Below the pieces are notes generated by a model. It worked only from the letters and a program-made list of their open reading frames with translations. It made no database searches and was not told where the DNA came from. Of a stretch of 64,000 nucleotides of DNA, positions 23,523 through 35,543 are shown piece by piece (the stretch's first letter is position 1; the number at the start of each line of letters is the position of its first letter). The DNA is taken from NCBI GenBank assembly GCA_965240325.2, contig OZ251231.1, positions 2,108,001-2,172,000 on the forward strand. Direction: 5' to 3'. The stretch is from Rebecca billardiae RCC1528. Its lineage: Eukaryota > Protista > Haptophyta. The position numbers and the translations under genes are program-made.

Positions 23523-26500
23523 TCAGCTCGCGTCCGCCTTGACGGGCTTGCGGAATGTCACCTCATACAGCCTCTCGATCGGCTTGGCATCCGTGTCGCC
23601 GAGGTTCATGATCTCTTCGTACTGCAGGCACGCGCGCGCGCGCGGCGAGGGCGAGGGCGCGCGTGAGCGACGTGGGCGGCCGTCGCGCCGCGGCGGGGCT
23701 TGCGCGCGCGCGCGCACCCGTGTCTTCAGCTTCTTCGTGGCGAAGAGGGCGAACTCCTTGGCGTCGTCCGACCAGCGGTCGACCAGAGGCGCGAGCGTGG
23801 ACGACGCGTCCTCGCGCCAGTCGAAGTAGCCCTCTGCGTGGGCGCGGAGGCGCGCGGGCGCGCACAGCCGGCATGTCAGGCGCTGGGCGCACGTGGCGCC
23901 GGGCGCGGCTGCGGCGCGCGCGCGCGCGGCGCACCGGCGTAGCTGTAGATGGCCTCCCACAGCTCGGGCATCTCGTCGGCGAGCACGGCGCCCTTGCCGC
24001 GCTGCAGCGCGATCGCCTTCTCCATGTGCCCCTTGAAGGCGCTCAGCGCCTCCTTCTCCTCCTTGACCCACGCGCGCATCGCGACCACGTCGCGCAGCAT
24101 CTGCTCGCGCTGGTTGATGCCCGCGCGCATCACCTTGATGCGCGCCGCCTCGACGTCCGTGCGGAACTTGGTCGGGCGCGGCAGGTGCGAGCCCGGCCTG
24201 CCGCCGCGCGCGAGCAGGATCGCGAGCACCACCTTCCCCTCGTCCGTCCCGTCGCGCAGCGCGTCGTCGTACGCCGTGTTGCCAAACGCGTCTTCGAGGT
24301 TGACGTCGATGCCCTCGACGTCGACCAGAAAGTTGAGCGCGTTCACGTTGCACGAGGACGCGGCGAGGTGGACGGGCGCGCGGCCGAGCTCATCCTGCTC
24401 GTTCACCGAGCAGGCGAACTTGATGATGCGCAGCAGGTTCTCCACGTCGGTCGTCGTGGCGGACTCGTTCACGTACCGCGCGATGTCGAACTCGCCGAGC
24501 CGCGCGCCGTGCTTAATGAGCAGCGCGCACGCCTCGTCCTGGTGGCCGAGCAGCGCGTCCTGCAGCGCGGTCGCGCCGCGCAGGTCGCGGATGTTCACGT
24601 CCGAGTTGTTCTCGATGAGCAGCGTGAGGTTCTCCGTCCGCCCCTCCGCCGCCGCCACGTGCGTCGCCGAGCGCTTCTCCAGCGTGCCCGCGTTCACGTT
24701 GCCGCCGAACGAGCAGAAGCGCTGCAGCACCACCGTGCCGTTGGGGATGGCGCCGGCCGCGCACATCTCCTCGGAGACGTTGCGCGTGCCGTGCAGCCCG
24801 CCGTGGCTGGAGAGCAGCGCCGCCACGTCGAAGTTGTCGGACTGCAGCGCGTCGTCGAGCGCGGTGTGCCCGATCTTGTCCTCCGCGTTCACGTCGGCGC
24901 GCGCGGCGAGCAGCAGCTCGATCAGCTTCTTGTGTCCGCCGCATGCGGCGAGCTGCAGCGGGCGGCGGCCGTGCGCGTCCGCGTGGTCCACGTCCATCGA
25001 GCGCGCGGAGAGCAGCCGACGCACCTTCTCGAACTCGCCCTTGACGCACGCGACGCACACCTTGGCGTGCATCATCTCGTCGCGCCTGGCCTTGGCGTCG
25101 GTCAGCGTCTGCGCGCGCGCGCGGCGCCGGGTCGGGCGGGCGGGGCTCGGCTCAGCTCAGCTCAGCTCGCGGCGCGCGCGCGCGCGCGCGCGCGAGGCGG
25201 GCGGCCGCGGTCGAGTCTGCCTGCACGCCGCGGGTGCGGGCGCGGGTGCGGCGGCGCGCGCGCGCGGCGCACCTGCTGCAGCGAGACGATGCCGGAGGCG
25301 GAGCCCTCCGAGTGGCCGCCGTTGGAGGAGCGGCCGTCCTCCGAGCCCTTGTCCGAGGAAGACTGGTACGAGCTCGTGCCCAGCGAGTTGGAGCTGTGGC
25401 TGGACTTGCCGCCGGAGGAGGCCTTGGAGCGGCCCGAGCGCGCGGAGCCCAGGCCTGCGCGCGCGCAGAGGGAGCGGTCAGCCGAGCAGCCGCGGCGCTG
25501 CACCCCACGCACGCCCGCGCTGCACCCCGCGCACGCGCGCGCTGCAGCTGCTCCGTGCGCGCACCGATCCCCTCGTACATGCGCACGGCGTTGTCCATCA
25601 GCAGGTCCTCCTGCGAGGGGAACGACTTGAGCAGCTCGCGGTACAGCTCCATGCCGAGCACGAACGTCGTCGCCTTGTCGCTGCGCGACACCTTGGCCGT
25701 CTTGTAGTGCCGGATGTTGAAGACGAACGCCACCTCGCCCAGGAACTCGCCCGGGCCGACCGCCTGGTTCTTGTCGTCGCTCTGCTCCGCCTCGTCACCG
25801 TCAGAGATGTCGACGGTGCCCGAGGCGAGGAGGATGAGCTCCTTGCACTGGTCGCCCGTGCGGTAGATCACGGTCTCCGCCTCGATCTCGCGCTCGGTGA
25901 GCACGGCGGAGAGCCGGTCGACGAAGCCCTCGTTGCACCCCTTGAGCAGCGTGGTGCCGAGCAGCAGCGCGCGGTTCGTGTTGGACGACACCTCCATCTG
26001 CAGCGGCACGGGCATGCCCGTGTAGATCTGCTCAGAGTCGATGTTGGAGAAGGAGGCGTGCTGCATCTTGTCCACGAAGAACTTGGTCATCCGCTCCTTC
26101 AGGTCGGCGGGCACGTGCACGTGCCGCACGTACGCGTGCACGAGCTCGAGGTGCGCGCGCTTGCCCACGATCTCGTCGTCCATCTTCATCACGATCCCGG
26201 AGATGCCGCCCACGCAGTACGCGTCTGCGGCGAGAGGAGCGGCGCCGGGCGTGCGCGCGGGGGAGCGCGGCGTGAGGCGCGGCGCGGCGCGCGGCGTGGC
26301 TCGGCGTGCGCGGCGCGCGCACAGATCGTCATGTTGATCACGCAGAAGCACACGAACATGGCGAACTCGACGTAGGTGGCGGGCAGCTGCACGACGCCGA
26401 GCGCGGAGATGAGAGAGAGGACGAAGAAGACCGCGGTGATGTAGTGCTCCATGATGCGCTCCTCGGGCGACATGTGCGTGAGCAGCCCGTCCTCGCCGCC

Positions 26501-29500
26501 CACCATCACGCGCTGCCGCAGGTAGTACGTCGCCCACGTGTTGTCCCACTTGCTCAGCGCCATCTGCGAGAAGCCGATCACGTTCCACACGCCCGCGGCG
26601 TAGTGGATGATCACGAGCAGCGGCAGCGCGTTCTTGAGCAGGCCCTTGCCCATCTCGCGGTCGGACAGCCCGGCCTTCCACGCCTTGAACGTGGCGAGCA
26701 GGTAGCGCGCGTTGAGCATGCGCAGGTGGCGCACGCCGAAGCGCACCATCGGGTCGACGCCGAGCGCCCACAGCACCTGGTCGTGCGGCCAGCACGCGAA
26801 CGCGTCGAGCGCAAAGTCGTGCGAGAGGTAGTGCGAGCGCACCTCTGCCGGCACGAAGATCTCGACGGACTTGTCGTTGATGAAGGTGGTGTTGAAGCGC
26901 ATGGCGATGCGCAGCACGTAGAAGACGTCGCACACCGCGTTCACGTACGGCACCCAGCCCATCAGCACCACCTGCTCGAAGAAGCACAGCTGCATCGGCA
27001 CGGTGAGCACGTCCCACAGCACCACCAGCCGGAAGAGGTACACGCTCAGCGTGTTGAACCGAGAGTGGCACGACGCAATGAACCACGGCCACACGGTGGT
27101 GGTGCCCGCGCCCGCCTCGACGCCCGCCGCGTCCGCCGAGACGATCTCGCGGTTGCCCACGTGGATGTCGAAGTGCTCGAGCAGCCCGACCAGCCCCTTC
27201 TTCTTGGTGCCCTTGGCCGCGCCGACGGCGTTCTCGCCGCCGCCCGCCTGCCGGATGCGCGCGACGCGCTCGCGCAGCTTCGTGATCAGCTTCTCCCACG
27301 TCACGACGATGTCGGCCGCCTCGGCCGCCTCGAGGTCGGCGGCGCTGAGCAGCAGCGAGTGGTTGAACGCCGCCTGCTCCTCCTCGTCCTCGCCGGGCTC
27401 GCCGCCGACCGCGAGCCCCACCTCGCCCTCGGCCGCCACCGCGACCGGCTCGCCCGGCCGCGGGATCTTGAGCTCGAGCTCGCGCTCGACCCACGTGCGG
27501 ATGTGCTCGGTGGTGGTCTCCATGGGGACCGCGATGGCGTGCTGCACCACGGCGAGCAGCACGTGCGCATCCACCGGCTCGGTCGGGACCAGCCGCCCCG
27601 TCTCGACGCGCAGCGTGAGGTTGTCCGCGAGCAGCATGCACGCGGTCGCGGTGCCGAGCGCGCCGTTCAGCTCCGTCACAATCGACGCCTCCGCCGCGGC
27701 GACGCGCGCCGCCTCCGCCTTCGCCGCCTTCGCCTTGGCCTGCGCGGCCTTGGACATCGGCTTCGCGCCGACCGAGCTCAGCGCCTCGCCCTGGCGCAGC
27801 TTCGGGATGAAGACGCCCTGCGCGTTCGTCATGCCGTTGGCGCCCGCGACGCCGTCCTCGCCCACCGCCAACAGGATCCACGAGGAGACGCCGATGAAGA
27901 ACTGCGCCTCGGACATGGACTGCGCAGGGCGGTTGCTGCGCCCCTTGGCGCGCAGGTTGATGATCTGGTCGTTGCCGTACGCGATCGAGCGCTCGTGCCC
28001 CTGCACCGTCGCCACGGACGGCGCCTCGGCGGGCGGAGCCTCCTCGGCCTCGGCCTCGGCCTCGTCGGCCGCGACGACCGCGCTCACGCCGCCGCGCACC
28101 GCGGCCGCGGCCGCGGCCGCGGCCGCGTTGGCGGACACGGCGCCCGCCTCGGTCGCCGGCGCCGACTCGTCCTCGAGCGGCTCCGCCGGCGGCGGCATGA
28201 CGTTCGCGCGGTTTGGGTCGTCGGCGGCGTCGGCGGCGTCGGCCGCCGCGTTCGCGGCCGCCTTTGCGTCGGACGCATCGAGCGCGTCCTTGGCCTCGGC
28301 GGCGTTGCGGTCGTCGGAGGACCTGCGGTCGGCGGAGCCGTCGTCCGCGTCGGCGGCGACGGCGGCGAAGAGCGCCTCGAGCTCCTCGTCAATGCCCTTG
28401 CCGCCCTCCGCCTGCTGGCCGACGAGCAGCGTCGTGCGGCGCGAGTTGCCGCCCTCCTCCACCACGCGCGAGTTCTGCCGCGATGACCGCCGGTTCGCGC
28501 CGCCCATGGCCGCGCGCATCATCTCCGTCTCGGCCGCCTGCGCGTCCTCCGCGTCCGCCGCGCCCACGTCGTCCGGCGGCGCGGTGAGGTTGCGCGACGC
28601 GGCCATCAGGTAGGTGAGCAGCGACTTGATCTCCTCCGAGCCGAACTCGCCCAGCTCGCCCTGCAGCTTGCGCACGTCGCGCATCCGGATCTGCCCGCTG
28701 TGCGACGCGTCGAACACGCGGAAGAGGCGCGTGATGATGAAGCACGCCTCCTCAATCGCGCCGATGCTGCCGCTCTCGGCGCCGTCGGCCGCGCCCGAGG
28801 TGCGCGGCGAGTCGCTGGGCGAGCGGGCGCCGTCGGCCTCGCCCTTCGCGCTCACGCCGCTCGCGCGCTCCTCCGCGTTGAAGCTCGTGCGCAGCCGCGC
28901 GGCCATGCCGCTGAAGCGGCCCTTGCGCTTGGGCGAGCCATACGGGTCGTCGTATGCGTCGGCCGCGCCGTCCGCGTCCGCGCTCGCGCGCGCCGGCTCG
29001 TCGGCGCCCTCGGTCGCGGCCGCCGCGCCCTTCGCCTGCGCGCGCTTCCGCCGGCGCTGGCCGTACCGCTCGGCGAGCGCGTCGATGAAGCGGCTCGAGC
29101 AGAAGAGCGTCACGTGCCCAAGGTCGCTCAGGAAGAAGGGCTCGTCGCCAGCGTCGCCCGCGAGCGGCATGCCGCCGGCGACGGGCGCGCGGCCGACGTT
29201 GGCCTTGGCGTCGTTGATCTGCTTGGAGAGGTCGATCAGCACCGCGCCGGTCTTCGAGCCGCGGCGCAGCGTGTCCTTGAACGAGCCGCTGCCCTTCGAA
29301 TCGACGCGGCTCATCGCCGCCGCGGCCGCCGCCGCCGCCGCCGCCGCCGCCTTTGGCTCGCCGTTCGAGTTGCGCCGGCCGTACAGAGAGCCGCCGGCCG
29401 CCGCCGCCGCCGCCGCCGCCGCCGCCTGCGGCTGCTGCGAGTGCCGCTCGCGCTCGGCGCCGGCCTTGGCCGCCTTCGACGGCGGCATGGGCGCGGAGGC

Positions 29501-32500
29501 GCCGAGGATCGTCTGCAGCTCGTCGTACACGCTGTCCAGCACCTCGTCCGCCCGCTCGGCGTCGAGCTCGAACGTGGTGACGAGCATCGCGTGCAGCTCG
29601 CGGTCCTCGGCCGTGCGCCGCTCGAGCCCGTCGAGGTGGGCGTAGCGCTCCGAGGAGAGCGCGCTCGCGAAGCGGTCGCGGATGTCGATCAGCCCGGCCT
29701 CGGCGGACGGCAGCTGCAGCACCAGCTTGATGAACTGCTTCGACGCCGCGCGCGAGTCCTGCTGCGAGTCCTGCTGCTGCTCGGCCGAGTCGAGCTGCGC
29801 GCTGAGCTTGCCGCCGACCGACTGCGGCCTGCCGCCGCCGTCGTCGCTGTCGTTGTCGTCGTCGTCGTCCTTGTTGTCGTCGTCGGGGTCCGAGTCGGTG
29901 TCCGAGTCGAGCTCCTCGCCGTACTCGTTGATCCAGAAGTCCGCCCACTTGCCCACCACCGTAAAGAGCTTGCGCTGCGAGCGGTACAGGTGGCCCAGGT
30001 CGCCGGCGAGCTCGACGATCGACATCTCGACCTCGCGCGCCTTGTCGACCAGCTCGGTGGCGTGGTGGTCGTGCAGCTCGGCGAGCTTCGTCACGCTCTT
30101 GGTCACCTCGTACAGGTTGAGGGTCTTCGCCTTGTCCATCTTGAACTGGATCGCGGGGTCGCCCGCGAACTTGGCCGGGATCGACGCGCCCGCCGAGATC
30201 AGGATGCTCGCGATCTTGAGGTCGACGTTGAGCGCGTCCATCAGCGGCGGCCGCTCCCACCGATCGCCGCGGTTCACGTCCGCCATCGCCTTCACGAGCA
30301 GGTAGACGCTGGAGATCGAGCCGGAGGAGACGGCGAAGTGGAGCGGGGTGCGCTGGTCGTAGTCCGGCTCGTCCACCTTCGCGCCCACCGTCACGAGGAA
30401 GCGCAGCCGCTCCACGTCGCCGCGCAGCGCCGCCTGCCGCACCATGTTGGCCATGTGCTCGCCCTCAGGCCGCGCGGACGCGCGCACCAGCATCTGCGCG
30501 ACGAGGTGGTGGTTGAGCAGGATGGCGTCGTCGAGGGCGGAGCGGCCGTGGCGGTCGCGCACGTGCACGTCGCACATGTTCGAGATCAGGTACTCCGTCA
30601 CGCGCACGTTGCCCTCCGTCGCGGCCACGTGCAGCGCGGTGCGCCCGTCGTAGTTCTTCGAGTCGAGCGCCACGCCGTGCGCGACCAGCATCGTCATCAT
30701 CGGCATGTCGCCCTTCTTGGCGGCGGAGTGCGTCCACGCGTGCGGCAGGTCGAGGATGAGCTGCGCGCCCGCCTTCACCAGCTCGTCCGCCACCGCCGAG
30801 TGCTTGCCCTTCATCGCGTTCTCGAACGGCGACGCGCCGAAGCGGTCCTTCACGGCCGTGTTGGCGCCGAGCTCGCACAGCAGCTTGACGACCGTGCTGT
30901 GGCCCTCGTTGCACGCGAGGTGGAGCGGCGTGCGCTTGTCGTGCGAGGTGGCCTGCACGTCGAAGCCGCGCGCGATGAGGCCGCGCACCGTCTCCACGTC
31001 GCCCAGCCGCACCGCGATCGCCATCTGCGAGAACAGCTCCTCGTTCCGGTCGAGGATCGCGGTGCGGATCGTCGTGCGCAGCGCCTCGAACTCCTTGAGC
31101 TCGTCCTCGTCCATCTGCTCGGCAAACCCGCCGGTCGCGAGGTCGGCGCCCTGCTTGTCGAGGCCGTACTTGCGCAGCACGTTCTGCAGGATGAGGTCGG
31201 TCTGCTCGGGGTACGCCGCGATGATCTCGAGGAACGTCGTCGCGGTGAGCACGCTCAGCGTCACCTCGCCCTTGGAGGACGCGAGCGCCGTGTACGGGTG
31301 CGGGATGCCGATGAAGAAGGCGACCTCGCCCACCACCTGGCCCGGGCCCAGCTCGGAGCGGACGGTGGAGATGAGCTGCTCGCCGCGCCACATGTGCAGC
31401 GTGCCGCCCACACACCACAGCAGCTCGGCCGCGCCGTCGCCGCGCTTGAAGAGGACTTGGCTCGGCTGCCGGCGCGCGCGGCGGCGGAGGGCGTGCCGGT
31501 CGGGTGCGGTGCGGCGCGCGTGGCGGCGGCACCGGCGGGGGCGGCGCCGAGACGTGAGGCGGCAAGATTCGCGCGCGCGCGCGGGGGGGGCGGCGCGCGG
31601 CGGCGCGGCGCGCGCGGCGCGCGCGGTGCGTCGCGCACGCACCATCATGTACCGCTCGCGCAGGTACAGCGTGACGTACGTGAGGAACTGGTGGTTGCAC
31701 GACCAGAAGACCCACGTCTGCTCCATCTGCCGCATGTGCTGCGAGGACGCGACCTCGACGCGCAGCGAGAGCGGCATCTGCCCGTTGATCAGGTCGGAGC
31801 CCGCGGCGAGCTTGCGGTGCTGGAACTGGTAGTGCTCGCGGATGCGGAACGCGAGCTCCTTCGGCAGCTTGCGCTCGGCGACGTAGTCGTCCACCGCCTT
31901 CATCAGCTCGTTGTAGTGCACGGTGCTCTGGTCGGTGCGCACGAGGTACTGGAAGAGCGTGCCGAGCACGAACGCGTAGAACACCATCTGGATGGCGGCG
32001 ACAAGCGCGGCGAAGAGCACCTCGGCCTTCTCCGTGAGGATGATCGTGCCGTAGCCCATCGACGTGAGCCCCATCCACGCCATGTACAGGCTCATCAGGT
32101 ACTGCTGCACCAGCGTGGCGTGCAGCGGGTCGAGGTCGGCGTTCTCGGTCAGCAGCGGGATCTGCGCCGGCCAGTTGGGCAGCTCGAGCGGCTGGTTGGA
32201 CCAGCGGCCGCCGAGCGCCCACCAGCAGCAGGCGACCTGCCGTGCGGCGGCGCGCGCGATGGGGAGGCGGCGCGCGGCGGCGCAGCACGCAGGGCGAGCA
32301 TGCAGCGTGAGCGAGCGCGCACCGGGCGCAGCTCCCTCGCTCGGCGCGCGCATGCATCGCACGCAATCGCGCGGCACGAGCGCGCACCCAGTGCGGCACG
32401 GAGAGGATGACGATGGAGAACTTGTACGCGGCGAGGAACTTGACGTTGACGGTGAGGTCGGTGTTGATCTCCTGCACGTACATGATCAGCTCGCGCACGC

Positions 32501-33287
32501 GCACCGTGCGCACGATCTGCACGAGCGACCACATCCAGTCGTTGCCCGTCAGGATGTAGATGGCGCGCGCGACGTGCAGCGAAAAGGTCGTGCCGATGTC
32601 GCGCGCGGCGTGCTTGGGCTCGTAGAGGCCGATGACGCTCATGTCGTCGGCGCCTTGGCTCGCCGCCTCCGCGATGAGCTTCTCGCGCTCCTCGCCGACC
32701 GGCTGGTCGATGATCTTCTTGCAGATCCAGCACAGCTCGAACAGGTCGCCGACCACGTCGATGATGATAGCGACGCTGCTGTACGCGAGCTCGTGGGGGA
32801 AGGCGAGGCGGAGCGGGATCATCAGCTCCTCGAGCGTGAAGACCGGCACGCGCGCGAGCCGCGTCAACGCCATGTACTTCTGCTGCCGCTCGCGCTCCTC
32901 CGTCACGAGCTGCTGCCGCGTGCGCTCGTCGTCGAGCGTCGCCTCCTCGCCCGCCAGCACCGTGCGCCACTTCACGGTGCGGTCGCCGGCCCTTCGCCGG
33001 CCGTGCTCGGCGCTCGATTTGAGGATGCCCTTCACGGCCTTTGCCTCCCTCCCCTTGCCCTTCTTTGGGTCGCCGTCCTCATCGTCCGACGAGTCGTCGC
33101 CCTTGCGGCGGAGGAGCACGCCGTCAACGAGCTTGCGCGCGCGATAGCCAACGCCGCGCGCGGCGCCGGCGACGCCGCCGCGCCCCACGACGCGCGGGGA
33201 GTCGTCTTGGCCATCGGCGCTCGTCTTCTCCTCGTTGACGTCCGCGTCGGCCTCCGCCTTGAGTGGTGTCACCTTGCTTTCGCCCAT
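23523..33287 (-). CDS. Tandem two-module CNBD/Shaker(AKT)-like ion channel, [6TM-pore-CNBD-ankyrin] x2 with an EF-hand-like linker. Exons 33287-32388, 32236-31643, 31465-26323, 26224-25565, 25454-25273, 25108-23935, 23833-23718, 23621-23523
   Basis: Module 1: S4 VRTVRVRE, pore LYMAWMGLTSMGYGT, CNBD GPGQVVGEVAFF, many TPLH/TALH ankyrins. Module 2: RFNTTF...HYLSHDFALDAFACWP, S4 VRHLRMLNAR, pore YITAVFFVLSLISALGVVQ, CNBD GPGEFLGEVAFVF, ankyrins. All seven introns are GT-AG and in frame. Both modules lie in one continuous frame through exon 3. Confidence 0.9.
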
Positions 33288-34011
33288 CGACGACGCTCGC
33301 GCGTCGGCGTGTTGTCGGGTGTGTGCGAGAGTTTCGCGTGTTGGTGTTTCGCAGGTCGGCGCTCTTGGCGCGCTCGCCTTCTCCACACCCAACCGACGCG
33401 CTCGTCAAAACATTCTGAGTAGTACTCTTTCTCAGTTTTGACGGCACCTTGTATCGGATGAATCGGGCCTTTCTATTCATCCGTGGGATCTGCCGATCTC
33501 CCGCGTTCGCGCGGAGGAGAGGTTCGGCAATTTACTCAGGCAGCCAATCCCAACAGCGGCCGCAGCTACCCCCCAGGTAAAAAGTCTCCCATAACATATC
33601 CCCATCCATACGCGGAGCGGGATCCAATATGGGTTATTGTCGCATGGGTCATCTACTCATACATGAGAATTGGACCTTCCGCTCCCTATGCGAACAACAT
33701 GTGTTGGGGCGCCCCGAACAATGTGAGTATGGAGTGCATGGGTCATGGTGGGCGAAAAGATATACTGTCCAACTGCTCCATAGGTGTTGGAGACGAATCG
33801 CATGAGTGATCTATGAGCAGAACATTCTCCCTCGAGAAAATTCGCAGTCTCGAATCACACTGCTGCCCACCGACCTCGACCGAACTGCACATTATTGCTT
33901 GGGAGCCGCGACCAGACTGCCAGATAGAGGAATTCGCCCCGAGCCGCGAAGACGTCAAGACCAAGGCCCTTGTCAAGACGAGCTTTGACATGTGACATGA
34001 CACAGCGCACT

Positions 34012-34043
34012 TTTTTCGTCAGGCTCATGAGCCTGACGAAAAA
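34012..34043. other. Perfect 32-bp palindrome
   Basis: tttttcgtcaggctca|tgagcctgacgaaaaa. Confidence 0.95.
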
Positions 34044-35543
34044 TAACCTGCGCGGGCCTCGCGAGAGGCAAAACGCATGGCACACATAGGGAGAACGAGA
34101 TTGGGTCGTAAAGTCGTGCATGGGCTTTACGACGACTTACTCAACTTCCGCCAGCCGTTGGCTCCGACTCCGAGTCCCGTCCATGGCGACGGCCTCGTCA
34201 ACGAGGGATTAGGGCTTGCCATCGGGGCTTCATGTCGGTGGCGCTCATTGGAGAGAGCGGCTAGGTAGACGACAGATGAGAGCGGGTGTTCTCACTACGT
34301 CTGCTTCTCAGCTGTGCGCAGTTGACCCCGGCGGACAGTCCGCTGCGGGAGTGCGGCGGTGGCAGGCCGGGCCCGACGGCGCGGTCCGCGCGGACACGGA
34401 CACGGTCACGGTGACACGGATCAGACTGAGACTGAGATCGACAGTCTCCGCGCTGGGGCCGCGCTTGGACAGTCGGTCGCGTCACTCCAATTGCCGCCAG
34501 CATCGTCGACCCGTTGCACGCGTGAGCGCCGAAAAAACGACACTTTGGCAGTGATAGTCATCAGCACCGTCGCCGCATCGTGGGCATGCCGCTGCCGCCG
34601 CCGGCGGCGGCAGCGGGAGCGTGGCAGCAGATCTACCACCTTCCGCGTTACGCGCTGCGTCGTGCGCGCCAGGTGGCAGGTTTCCCAGGTCCGCCGCGCG
34701 GAAGGCAGCGTGAGCGGTCGGCGAGCGCACGGAGATGAGAAGTAAGCGCGCATCGTGAGAGCTTCAGCAGCTTGCCCACGCGCTTCACGAAGGCGGTGTG
34801 GTTGCGTGCGCACGCCTTCTGTACCCGTACCCGCGATCAAAGCGTGAGCCACTCCCTAGGTCTTGCCTGCGCATCGCGGGCCGCGCCTCGTCTCCTGAAT
34901 CCTCGTTCACGAGGACAGCACGTGTATCCGTGTACGCGCTCGCGGCCGATGGCGGCTCCCCGCGTCGAGAGCCGTTTGGCTGGAGCCGCATCCAAGGGCA
35001 TGTATCCTCACGGCCCCACCCGATGCTGACGCTGAGGTGGCGTGCTTGCCGAAGGTAGCCGCATTGGCTGATCTCTCTGCCTTTGGGCAACCCTTTGCAA
35101 CCGCGCCGGCTCACGCTGCCAGCGCGCGCGCGGCGTGGCTTCGTGGTGGACACCTGCCCTGGGTTTTGTCGTTCGTTCTCAGCGACGGTTGGGTCGATTG
35201 ACATGCGGATTGGATTGGTGCATTGCGAATCGGCTTCGCAATGCACCATTGCGCTCGGATCGGCGCGGACGTCAGCCATGCGGCAGCGCGAGCGACAAAA
35301 CCGCGAGATTTCATACGCTTGTCGTTTTTTCATACGCTCACGGTTACTCACCCGTGCAACGGGTCCGTCGCGATCAGCATGGTAGTCATCGTCCATCTAC
35401 CGACTGACGACGATCTCGGCGGCTCGCCCCGCGCCGGTCGCGGATCGCCGATCTGCTGCCTGATTTAGCATCATAAGACGACGCGACTGCGAACTGTGAC
35501 TGTGACTGTGTGCGACCACGGCACCGCTGATCAACATATTGCA

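Noticed and set aside
34077-34268. Peptide similarity VNEGLGLAI versus VNDGLGQAI at ~55855
   Set aside because: Too short, with no extended nucleotide similarity. Likely chance.
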